Positions 1 through 8,302 of a DNA stretch of 64,000 nucleotides are shown here, piece after piece (within the stretch, counting starts at the first letter, position 1; each line of letters starts with the position of its first letter). The notes beneath the pieces are model-generated. The model saw nothing but the letters and a program-made list of their open reading frames with translations. It did no database searches and was not told the DNA's origin. The stretch comes from an uncultured Ectothiorhodospiraceae bacterium (lineage in GTDB: Bacteria; Pseudomonadota; Gammaproteobacteria; UBA9214): positions 4,595-68,594 of the forward strand of contig CAYUFA010000002.1 of NCBI GenBank assembly GCA_964443845.1, written 5' to 3'. A program made the position numbers and the translations under genes.

Positions 1-162
1 TGATGCCCCGCGCGGTGGCTGCGCACGCCAGCAACACCCCGTACCGGAAGGGGGTGTACTGGGTGGCGCAGGTGTGGAAAGAACCGGCGGCGGGACACGG
101 TCCGGCAGGGTCCACTACGTTACAGGATTGCTCCGGCACGGTATATTGGCTGCAGATGCAGG

Positions 163-933
163 GTGTACACCACGATGACTGAACCCGGAGACAGCCGGCT
201 GCTGCCGCCGGCGCACGCGCTGGCTGCGGAACTGCACGTCTGGCTGGCTGACCCGGCCATGATTCACGAACCCGGCCGGCTGGATACGTACCGGTCACTG
301 CTTGCGGAGGACGAACTCGCACGCTACCGGCGCTATCGTTTCGAACGCGATCGTCACCTGTATCTGGTAGCTCATGCGCTGGTGCGCAGGGTGCTGTCAC
401 GCTACGCCGATGTACCACCCGGGGACTGGCGTTTCGAAACCAGCCGCTATGGCAGGCCGGAAATCGCGGCGCCGGCGCTTTCCATCCCCCTGCGCTTCAA
501 CCTCAGTCACACACCGGGACTGGTCGCCTGTGTGGTCACGCGCGCGCATGACTGTGGAATCGATGTCGAGCGCATCTCGCCGCAACGCAACATCCGCGGA
601 GTTGCCGCGCGCATGTTTCCCGCGCGCGAGCGGCAACACCTGTCCATGCTCGCACCGGCCGACGCCCTCGAACAGTTTTTTGCCTACTGGACCTTGCATG
701 AGGCGCTGGGCAAGGCGCTGGGCGTGGGCATCGCCCGTGGCGGTGACCGGCAGTATATGTTTGCCGGGCAGGGCACCGGTGACTACACGATGGCAGCGGC
801 GGATGGCATGGCCCCGGCCGACGACTGGTGGTGTTCAGTGTTGCATCCTGACCCGCAACACCTGCTGGCGGTGGCGGTCCGGGGCATTCCGCCCGGCCGG
901 CTGAAACGGGTCGTGTCCTGGCTGGTGTCCTGA
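163..933 (+). CDS. 4'-phosphopantetheinyl transferase, Sfp/EntD type
   Basis: Carries PPTase motifs: GRPEI, FNLSHTPGLVACVV, GIDVERI and WTLHEALGKALG. The ORF starts at GTG 163; an alternative ATG lies at 175. Confidence 0.85.
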   Translation: MYTTMTEPGDSRLLPPAHALAAELHVWLADPAMIHEPGRLDTYRSLLAEDELARYRRYRFERDRHLYLVAHALVRRVLSRYADVPPGDWRFETSRYGRPEIAAPALSIPLRFNLSHTPGLVACVVTRAHDCGIDVERISPQRNIRGVAARMFPARERQHLSMLAPADALEQFFAYWTLHEALGKALGVGIARGGDRQYMFAGQGTGDYTMAAADGMAPADDWWCSVLHPDPQHLLAVAVRGIPPGRLKRVVSWLVS

Positions 934-1069
934 ACCCGGGTCGTGCAATCACGACGCTGAATCCCTCACCAGGCCCTGCAGACGGCGCGCGGCGCATCCG
1001 GGCGGGTGGCCGTTTCGCCACCCCGGCACTCCCTCCCTGCTATACGGAAGTCCATCATTTTTAACGAAT

Positions 1070-1120
1070 TGTCAGGTCTGTCAGGCTAAGCGTGGCAGGT
1101 TTTGGCAGGAAAAATGGCAG
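1070..1120. repeat. Array of five direct heptamer repeats TG(T/G)CAG(G), starting at 1070, 1079, 1093, 1103 and 1115
   Basis: Read directly: tgtcagg tc tgtcagg ... tggcagg ttt tggcagg aaaaa tggcag. It lies about 80-130 nt upstream of the sigma70 promoter at 1201, in an AT-rich intergenic region. Confidence 0.5.
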
Positions 1121-1200
1121 TAAAAAGACAGTTTTCTGACGTTAAAAACTACATATCTATCAGCTTGTTATAAAATCAATCTTCGATTACCCCCGGCAAC

Positions 1201-1230
1201 TTGACAGGCAGAGTATCACAATATTATAAT
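1201..1230 (+). promoter_or_regulatory. Sigma70-type promoter with consensus hexamers
   Basis: TTGACA (1201-1206), an 18-nt spacer, then TATAAT (1225-1230). An AGGAGA Shine-Dalgarno sequence (1260-1265) precedes ATG 1271. Confidence 0.6.
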
Positions 1231-1270
1231 TTCCTTATATTAAAACTAAACCTTCGTTCAGGAGAAACAC

Positions 1271-2035
1271 ATGTGCCCTCGTGAAGACCCTCGACCAATT
1301 AACGGCGGGACCATGAACAAGACGCTGATCATAGCGCGCCAGGATTTTTTCGTGGACGGAATCGTACGGATCCTCAAAACCAGCTCCGTGGCGGGGAATA
1401 TTCTCTGCGTATCTCCCGGTGAACCGTGCATGAAGCATTTCGTGGGGCAGTACCCCCGATTTCTGCTGATCCAGGAAAATGCCAAGCCGGACCCGTTCGA
1501 GGACTTCGTCCACGAAATGGTGGAGGGGTTTCCGAAGCTGCGGCTACTCGTCTTCGGCCAGACGATGTCCGATGATTACCTCTACCGGATCGTTCAGGCC
1601 GGCGCCCACGGGTATTTCAACGAAAAGATGACTGGTGATCACATCCTGATGGCCATGAACGCAGTCAGCGAGGGCCAGTACTGGGTCGAGCGACACATCA
1701 TGGAACGATTCATCAACGCCCGGTCCCTGCAGGATTCGATTTTTACGCGTGCCCGCAGTCTCGGTGAGCGTCTGACGACGCGGGAGCTGGAAGTACTGGA
1801 ACTGGTGCTGCAGGGGCTGTCGACCGGGGAGATTGCCGAGCGCATATTCCTTTCGCACCAGGGCGTGAAGGCACACCTGACATCCCTGTTTCGCAAGTTC
1901 AATGTCAAGAACCGGCCGCAGCTGATTCTGACGGCGCTGGATGAAGTCAGCCCGGTGGACAGCATCACCTCGATCTTCCAGCAGGGCCTGCAGGCATACC
2001 GCCTGCCGCCACAGAAGGTTGCCGTGGCCAGCTAG
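1271..2035 (+). CDS. LuxR-family (CsgD/VpsT-like) transcriptional regulator with an atypical receiver domain
   Basis: C-terminal LuxR HTH: LTTRELEVLELVLQGLSTGEIAERIFLSHQGVKAHLTSLFRKFNV. The N-terminal receiver-like fold has FLLIQEN where the phospho-Asp motif (LLD) is expected. The strong Shine-Dalgarno sequence favours ATG 1271; an alternative start is 1313 (MNKTLIIA). Confidence 0.85.
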   Translation: MCPREDPRPINGGTMNKTLIIARQDFFVDGIVRILKTSSVAGNILCVSPGEPCMKHFVGQYPRFLLIQENAKPDPFEDFVHEMVEGFPKLRLLVFGQTMSDDYLYRIVQAGAHGYFNEKMTGDHILMAMNAVSEGQYWVERHIMERFINARSLQDSIFTRARSLGERLTTRELEVLELVLQGLSTGEIAERIFLSHQGVKAHLTSLFRKFNVKNRPQLILTALDEVSPVDSITSIFQQGLQAYRLPPQKVAVAS

Positions 2036-2093
2036 GATTGTGCGCGGTCGCGTGTACACCGGGGTATTGGCACGCGGCATGATGAGACAGGTT

Positions 2094-3311
2094 CTAGAAA
2101 TAGCGTGCCAGTTCCAGTCGCACCCGGGTGTCATCGCTGAAACTGTACAGGACGTTGGCGGGCGGTACGCGCTGGACGCCCCGTGCTTCCAGTGACAGCT
2201 TCCAGGCATCCCCGAACCGGCGACTGGCTTCCACGTTGTAGCTCTGGCCACCGCCATCGAGGTCGATGATCACGCTGGCCAGCAGTTCCGAACCGGCGAC
2301 ATCGTTCAGAGTGATGCGCGTTCCCACCACCAGGTCGTTCTGGAACGGGGAGATGGAAAACGGTCGCCCGGCCGCCGCCGTGTCGATGGTATCGCCCCGG
2401 CTGTCGTACAGGTACTCGGTGATCAGGCCCACGTCGATCCGGGAATCGTGCACACCGACGAAGGTGTATTCGTAGCCGCCGTCCAGCGCGCGGATCGTCT
2501 TGCCCTGTCCCGTCCGTAGCATGGCCTCGAGCTTCCACAGCCAGCCCCCGGTGATCGCCTGCAGGTCCAGGCTGGTCTGCTGCACGATTTCGTAATAGGG
2601 CGTGATCTCCGTGGGACCCTGCGGAGTCATCGCGGCGGGCAAGACCACGAAACGCGGTTCGCGGCTGGTACCGGTAAAATGCGCAAGCCCGATGTCCACG
2701 GGCCCGATGGAGTCGGAGTAGCGCACGGCGAAATCCGTGTGACGGTCCTTTTTGCCGGATTCGTACAACGGATCGTCACTGATCGGGATCTCGAAGCGCG
2801 GGCGGCCCCTGACGCCGGGGAAGGTACGTGTGCGGAAACCGGGCAACACGAACAGGTCCACAACGCCCCAGTCCCGGATCAGCGAAAGTTTGGCCATGGG
2901 CTGGCCGAGCTTGTCCTCGCCGTCCTCGTCCACCACGAGGTCGCTCTGGTTGATGACATCGACGAGGTGTTCCGCTTCGGTTACACCCCAGTAGACCTTG
3001 CTGATGCCGATGTTGGTTTCCCAGTCGCGTGCCGCATGGATCCAGGAGAACTCGCGGATATCCCCGTGGGTGCGCTTGCTGTCGTGTGCATCGACCAGCA
3101 GGTAGGGCTTGAAGGTGAACAGGTCATCGCGGCCGTGCCACTGGTTGAAATACTCGGGCTCCACTGCCAGCGACCCGTAGGTGTTGTACTGGGCCGGGCT
3201 GGCGGGGTCCTCGATGAAGCCGAGAAGCTCGCCTGCGATCCGGCCGCGCCATTCACCGGCCTGTGCCGACAGGGCGGGCAGCAGCAGGGCGGTGCAAAGC
3301 AGTTTGCGCAT
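2094..3311 (-). CDS. Uncharacterised outer-membrane beta-barrel protein
   Basis: Signal peptide MRKLLCTALLLPALSAQA, alternating beta-strand-like sequence, and a C-terminal aromatic residue (..LELARYF). It lies 11 nt downstream of the LolA-like gene. Confidence 0.7.
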   Translation of the reverse strand: MRKLLCTALLLPALSAQAGEWRGRIAGELLGFIEDPASPAQYNTYGSLAVEPEYFNQWHGRDDLFTFKPYLLVDAHDSKRTHGDIREFSWIHAARDWETNIGISKVYWGVTEAEHLVDVINQSDLVVDEDGEDKLGQPMAKLSLIRDWGVVDLFVLPGFRTRTFPGVRGRPRFEIPISDDPLYESGKKDRHTDFAVRYSDSIGPVDIGLAHFTGTSREPRFVVLPAAMTPQGPTEITPYYEIVQQTSLDLQAITGGWLWKLEAMLRTGQGKTIRALDGGYEYTFVGVHDSRIDVGLITEYLYDSRGDTIDTAAAGRPFSISPFQNDLVVGTRITLNDVAGSELLASVIIDLDGGGQSYNVEASRRFGDAWKLSLEARGVQRVPPANVLYSFSDDTRVRLELARYF

Positions 3312-3322
3312 GCAGGACCGGC

Positions 3323-4111
3323 TCAGCGTGCGCGTTTCAGCGAGCTCTTGTCAAAGTCGCGGTCCGTGAGTCCGACGCCGAATCTGAAATTGGTCTGCAG
3401 CAGCTGCGTGCTCTTGCCGGTCTGGTGGTTGACCATGTTCATTTCGTGTGCGCGCCAGAATTTGCCGTTGTACAGCTGGTAACCGCTGAAGGTGAGCGTC
3501 TTGAGCAGGGCGTTCTTGCGGTCGTAGTACTCGATCTTGCGTTCCTTGTAGTGGTCCTTGTCCATCCAGACGATCTGGCGCGTATAGCCGGAGTTCTCGT
3601 CCCTGGGATAGCGCTCGAAGACGAACACGTCCATGCCGTCGAGCTTGTCGTCGCGCAGAAACCGGTAGGTGTACTTGTCCACTTCCTGCGAGGTGATGTC
3701 CTCGTAGGCGAATTCGCTGCCCATGAACGGACCGGACTTGTTGTCCGAAGCGATGCGCTTGACCCGCTTCAGCGCCGGCAGGTACAGCCACTGGTCGTCC
3801 GGCCCCTGCTTGTGGGTGAAGCTGAGCAGGGCGGTGCCCTGTACGTCCCGTGGCTCGTCGAAGATCGTCAGGCTCTTGTCGCCATCGCTGGTTCCTTCCA
3901 GCGTTCGGGAACGGATCTCCCGCACGCTCTCCTGGCCCTGCTTGTTCCTCAGGATCATCTTCACGTCGTCGGTGTAGTCGCCGAACCCGGAGTCGCGTCT
4001 GTCGGCCTCCATGGCGATGGCCAGCCCCTTTTCCTCCGCCGTCTCGGCAAGCGCGTGCAATGACACCAGGCACAACAGCAGTGCCGGCAGCAGGCTGGAT
4101 AATGTCTTCAT
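3323..4111 (-). CDS. Outer membrane lipoprotein-sorting (LolA-like) family protein
   Basis: Signal peptide MKTLSSLLPALLLCLVSLHALA. The sequence (DQWLYLPALKRVKRIASDNKSGPFMGSEFAYEDI) resembles proteins annotated as LolA-like. The start was trimmed to ATG 4111; the upstream part of the ORF is non-protein-like. Confidence 0.8.
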   Translation of the reverse strand: MKTLSSLLPALLLCLVSLHALAETAEEKGLAIAMEADRRDSGFGDYTDDVKMILRNKQGQESVREIRSRTLEGTSDGDKSLTIFDEPRDVQGTALLSFTHKQGPDDQWLYLPALKRVKRIASDNKSGPFMGSEFAYEDITSQEVDKYTYRFLRDDKLDGMDVFVFERYPRDENSGYTRQIVWMDKDHYKERKIEYYDRKNALLKTLTFSGYQLYNGKFWRAHEMNMVNHQTGKSTQLLQTNFRFGVGLTDRDFDKSSLKRAR

Positions 4112-5090
4112 TGGCGGTCTCCTGATCGGATTTCTGCAGCATGATAAGGGATGCCGGCGGTAATAGCATGCCCGGCACCGCTGCGCCGGGGTGGCGATGA
4201 CGGAATGCAGGCCCGCGGCAGCGCGCAATCGATTCCCGGCATGCGCGCGAGTTTCCTGCGTGCGTCGCGTGGACACGCTGCTGTCGATGTACAGGTGTAT
4301 ACCATCGGGCAGGCAGGTTCGGGTATGGCCGGCACCGTGGCCTCGAGATTCACGCTGCGCTGCCAGGCGCTGCTGCCGGTGTAGCCGCTTACGCGTGCAC
4401 GGGTGCTGCACGCGACATGTCGATATGTATGCCTGGCGGGAGATTGTGCGGGCGCGCCGCCGGTGATTCGTGCGCAGGTGGATGTTCTTCGCCACGCCGG
4501 ATCGGGGTAGCGGACAGACGGCTGGGCAAGGTACTGTCCCACGGGCCTGAGCGCTGACCAGCTCGTCCCGCTTGATCCGCCTTGCGTCGGAGCGTGCGGA
4601 CCTCACGCGCAGGCCTTGCAGCATGCCGGTGCCCGCCGGGACGCGGGTGCGGACGCAGGCGCATGGCAGAAGTCTCCCGGAGCTCTTGCTTCAGCGTTAT
4701 GCGAGAAACTGAATGCAGGGGAATCGTCCTGCTCCGTGGTGGTGCTTCCGGCCGCCCCCTGACGGGAGTCGTCCGCCTGTCTCTCGTGTTCTATAACAAA
4801 CAGAATTATAATGATTTCCGGGCTCTCATCCCGTTCGCCCCCAGACCTGGCGCGGCAACCTCCCGGTACCGGCGTGTGACAATCGAGCGCCGGCTGCGGG
4901 CCGGGACGGGGTGACGCTGCACGGCAATCCGGGCCGGGCAGGGAGACGGAGAGTAGTGCGAGGGGATGAACCGTGTCCGGGCGCAGTCGCGAATTCCCGG
5001 TCCCGAAGTTGGAGTAAGGGTTGGTTTATTTTATAGTCTCAAACACTTACCAGACAGGACCGGCACGCCGGCGTGTCTACAGGAAGCCCG

Positions 5091-5999
5091 ATGGCGGATC
5101 GCAGACTACAGGTTTTTCATACGGTGGCCCGGTTGCTCAGCTTTACCAGGGCCGCGGATAGCCTGCACATGACCCAGCCGGCCGTGACCTTCCAGGTGCG
5201 CCAGCTCGAGGAGTACTTCAACACCCGTCTGTTCGACCGCACCCATAACCGCATCAGCCTGACGGAGGCGGGGCAGCGCGTCTATGAATACGCGGCCCAG
5301 ATCTTCGACCTGTACGCAGAGATGGACAACGCGGTACGCGACATGACCGGGGAGATCAGCGGGATACTCATCATCGGCGCCAGCACGACCATCGCCGAGT
5401 ACATGCTGCCCTCCCTGCTCGGCGATTTCAAAAAGAAATACCCGGACGTGAGCGTCCACCTCAGGGTGTCCAATTCCGAGGGCGTCGTTTCCATGGTCGA
5501 AAACAACGACATCGATCTCGGCGTGGTCGAGGCGCCGGTGCTGAACAAGAATCTGGTCGTGGAGAATTGCCGGAATGACAGCCTCGTGGCCATCGTGCCG
5601 CCCGCACACGACCTGGCGGCCCGCTCGGTCGTGCGTCTGGACGACCTGCTGGGCCACGATTTCATCGCGCGCGAGGAGGGATCGGGGACCCGCGAGGTCA
5701 TCGAGGAATACCTGGCCAGCGCGGGTATGCGGCCGGCTGATCTGACGGTGGCCATGGAGCTGGGCAGCCCCGAGGCGATCAAGGGCGCGGTCGAGGCGGG
5801 CATGGGCGTGTCGATCGTCTCGGAGGTCACGATCCACAAGGAACTGCAACTGGGAACACTGGTGGCGCTGCAACTCGATCCGCCCCTGCAGCGGCCGTTT
5901 TCCTTCGTCCACCAGAAACAGAAATTCCGCCAGCGCGCGATGGACGAGTTACTCGAATTTGCCCGTGCCTACTGCCTGTCACACCGGAATGACGGCTGA
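5091..5999 (+). CDS. LysR-family transcriptional regulator
   Basis: N-terminal LysR HTH: RRLQVFHTVARLLSFTRAADSLHMTQPAVTFQVRQLE. A substrate-binding domain follows. The start was taken at MADRR. Confidence 0.9.
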   Translation: MADRRLQVFHTVARLLSFTRAADSLHMTQPAVTFQVRQLEEYFNTRLFDRTHNRISLTEAGQRVYEYAAQIFDLYAEMDNAVRDMTGEISGILIIGASTTIAEYMLPSLLGDFKKKYPDVSVHLRVSNSEGVVSMVENNDIDLGVVEAPVLNKNLVVENCRNDSLVAIVPPAHDLAARSVVRLDDLLGHDFIAREEGSGTREVIEEYLASAGMRPADLTVAMELGSPEAIKGAVEAGMGVSIVSEVTIHKELQLGTLVALQLDPPLQRPFSFVHQKQKFRQRAMDELLEFARAYCLSHRNDG

Positions 6000-6080
6000 A
6001 GTTCCCGTTTCCGCGGCCGCATGGCGGGGCGCGCTGCGCGGGACCGGGCGGGCGGCTGCCTGCGGCGGGAGCACCTGTCC

Positions 6081-6449
6081 ATGAGCAGCCGGGACTTGCT
6101 GGACCTGTTCGGGCAACTCGATGCCGCCCGGCAGCAGACCCTGCTCGCGTTCGCAAGATTCCTGCTGACCGAGGGCGGCGGGCGGCCGCCTGCCGCGTCC
6201 GCCGCGCCGCTGGTGATCCCGGAACCGGAACACATCGAGCGGCCGGCGCAGGAGAGCATCGTGGCGGGGCTGAAGCGGCTGGCGAAGACCTACCCGATGC
6301 TGGACAAGAGCGAGATGCTCGGTGCCACCTCGGACCTGGTCGCCACCAGCCTGTTGCAGGGTGCGGAACCGGCAGCGGTCATCGACCGGCTCGAGGAGAT
6401 CTTCGCGCAGCACTATCAACGCTTCAGGGACATGCGCCAGGGTGGCTGA
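6081..6449 (+). CDS. Hypothetical protein
   Basis: Protein-like composition from MSSRDLLDLFG. Its stop lies 1 nt before the start of the downstream transporter gene, so the two are probably co-transcribed. No family was recognised. Confidence 0.55.
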   Translation: MSSRDLLDLFGQLDAARQQTLLAFARFLLTEGGGRPPAASAAPLVIPEPEHIERPAQESIVAGLKRLAKTYPMLDKSEMLGATSDLVATSLLQGAEPAAVIDRLEEIFAQHYQRFRDMRQGG

Positions 6450-6450
6450 G

Positions 6451-7533
6451 ATGAATATCCTCTATGAGTGGTACCAGCGTACCATTTCCGATCCGCAGGC
6501 CGTCATCCTGGTACTGTTGCTGGCGGCCGGCTTTCTCGTCATGGCCACGCTGGGCCAGATGCTGGCGCCGGTGCTGGCGGGTGTGGTGATCGCCTACCTG
6601 CTGGACGGCGTGGTCGAGAAATGCCATCGGCTGGGTGCACCCAGGGTGTCCGCGGTGGTGGTGGTATTCGTGCTGTTCATGTCGTTCGTGGTTTTCGCGC
6701 TGGTCTGGCTGGTGCCGCGCCTGTCGTCGCAGGTCACGCAGCTGATCCGCCAGCTCCCGGATATCGTGCAGACCGCGCAGGCGCTCATGCTGACGCTGCC
6801 CGAAAAATATCCCAACCTGTTCACGGTGACGCAGGTGAACGAACTGGGCGCCGCGATCCGCGCCGATATCACCGAGGCGAGCCAGCGCATCCTGTCACTG
6901 TCGCTGCCGGCCGTGTTCGGGCTGATATCCATCATGGTGTACATCATCCTGGTGCCGGTGCTGGCCTTTTTCTTCCTGAAAGACAAGGACCGGCTGCTGG
7001 GGTGGGTGAGCCAGCGCGTGCCGCGGCAGCGCAGGCTCGTCGACGAGGTCGCGCGTGACGTCAATACCCAGGTCTCCAACTACGTGCGCGGCAAGGTCTG
7101 GGAAATCTTCATTGTCGGTGCGGTCACCTTCGCCGTGTTCACGTTTCTGGGACTGCAGTACGCCCTGCTGCTTGCCACCATGGTCGGACTGTCCGTCATC
7201 ATTCCCTACATCGGAGCCGCAGTGGTGACCCTGCCGATCGCCGTGATCGCCTGGTTCCAGTGGGGCTGGAGCGCCGAGTTCGGCTGGACGCTGGTGGTCT
7301 ACGGGGTGTTGCAGGCGCTCGACGGACACCTGCTGGTGCCGTTGCTGTTTTCCGAGGTGGTCAACCTGCACCCGGTAGCCATCATCGTCGCCATCCTGGT
7401 GTTCGGGGGGCTGTGGGGGTTCTGGGGCGTGTTTTTTGCCATCCCGCTCGCCACCCTGGTGCAGGCGGTCATGCAGGCCTGGCCCCGGAAGGCGATCGAG
7501 GAAGCGGACACTCACCCCGAACCGGTGCGGTGA
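6451..7533 (+). CDS. AI-2E family (PerM/YhhT-like) transporter
   Basis: Polytopic membrane protein of about 360 aa with a typical PerM-like sequence (ILVPVLAFFFLKDKD..., NLHPVAIIVAILVFGGLWGFWGVFFAIPLA). Confidence 0.9.
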   Translation: MNILYEWYQRTISDPQAVILVLLLAAGFLVMATLGQMLAPVLAGVVIAYLLDGVVEKCHRLGAPRVSAVVVVFVLFMSFVVFALVWLVPRLSSQVTQLIRQLPDIVQTAQALMLTLPEKYPNLFTVTQVNELGAAIRADITEASQRILSLSLPAVFGLISIMVYIILVPVLAFFFLKDKDRLLGWVSQRVPRQRRLVDEVARDVNTQVSNYVRGKVWEIFIVGAVTFAVFTFLGLQYALLLATMVGLSVIIPYIGAAVVTLPIAVIAWFQWGWSAEFGWTLVVYGVLQALDGHLLVPLLFSEVVNLHPVAIIVAILVFGGLWGFWGVFFAIPLATLVQAVMQAWPRKAIEEADTHPEPVR

Positions 7534-7570
7534 CGGCCGCGCATGCCGGCGGCGATGCGTGCTCCTGCCG

Positions 7571-8038
7571 CTACAGGGATTTGATCGCCTCGAGCACCTC
7601 GTCGGCGTGACCGGCGACCCTGACCTTGCGCCATTCCCTGCGTACTACACCCTGCTCATCGATCAGGAAGGTGCTGCGCTCCACACCCAGCACCTTTTTC
7701 CCGTACAGGTTCTTTTCGTGGATGACGTCGAACAGCCGGCAGGCCCTTTCCTCCGCATCCGACAGCAGTTCGAACGGGAGCTGCTGCTTCGCCTTGAAGT
7801 TTTCGTGGGACTTCACGCTGTCGCGCGAGATGCCGAGGACCACCGTGTTGCGGCGCCGGAAGGTGTGGATGCGGTCGCGGAAGTCCTGCCCCTCCGTGGT
7901 ACAGCCCGGGGTGCTGTCCTTGGGGTAGAAATAGACGACGACCCGTTTGCCACGGTAGTCGGACAGCGCGATCTCCCGGTTACCGGTCGCCGGCAGCCGG
8001 AAATCGGGCACCTTCTTGCCAACGGTTACCTTGCCCAT
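7571..8038 (-). CDS. bcp: Thioredoxin-dependent thiol peroxidase (peroxiredoxin Bcp)
   Basis: Active-site motif FYPKDSTPGCTTE, a length of 155 aa, and position next to gcvR as in enterobacteria. Confidence 0.95.
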   Translation of the reverse strand: MGKVTVGKKVPDFRLPATGNREIALSDYRGKRVVVYFYPKDSTPGCTTEGQDFRDRIHTFRRRNTVVLGISRDSVKSHENFKAKQQLPFELLSDAEERACRLFDVIHEKNLYGKKVLGVERSTFLIDEQGVVRREWRKVRVAGHADEVLEAIKSL

Positions 8039-8113
8039 GCCGGTCTCCTTCGCTCATTCCAGAACCCAGTCACGATCGAGATTCGCCTGCAGGACCATAT
8101 TCGTCAGGCGCCT

Positions 8114-8256
8114 CGGAATTACACGGAGTTCCATTGCCGGTTCCGTGTTCCTGCATGGTGACTGGTTCTTCAGCAGTGCCACGGAACCCACGGAATTCAC
8201 CTGACAATCCGCTATGAGCCTGATTCACCCGTGGCCTCCATTCATGTGGTTCCGTG
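8114..8256. repeat. Cluster of CACGGAAYY / GGTTCCGTG 9-mers in both orientations
   Basis: Copies lie at 8122-8130 (CACGGAGTT), 8139-8147 (GGTTCCGTG), 8180-8188 (CACGGAACC), 8189-8197 (CACGGAATT) and 8248-8256 (GGTTCCGTG). A partial copy (CGGAATT) lies at 8114-8120. The cluster sits in the gcvR-bcp intergenic region. Confidence 0.6.
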
Positions 8257-8302
8257 GTGAGTACAGCCTGTCCTGTCTATTTCCCGCGGGCCCCGCCGGA
8301 CG

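Noticed and set aside
1093-1109. TGGCAGGTTTTGGCAGG looked like a sigma54 -24/-12 element.
   Set aside because: The GG-to-GC spacing is 9 nt, not 10, and the -12 element would be GGCA rather than TTGC. It is better explained as two copies of the TGGCAGG direct repeat.
4582-4914. A 110-aa ORF in the 1-kb gap upstream of the LysR gene.
   Set aside because: It has Arg/Gly/Cys-rich composition and no Shine-Dalgarno sequence. It crosses an AT-rich island where codon bias collapses, so it is not protein-like.
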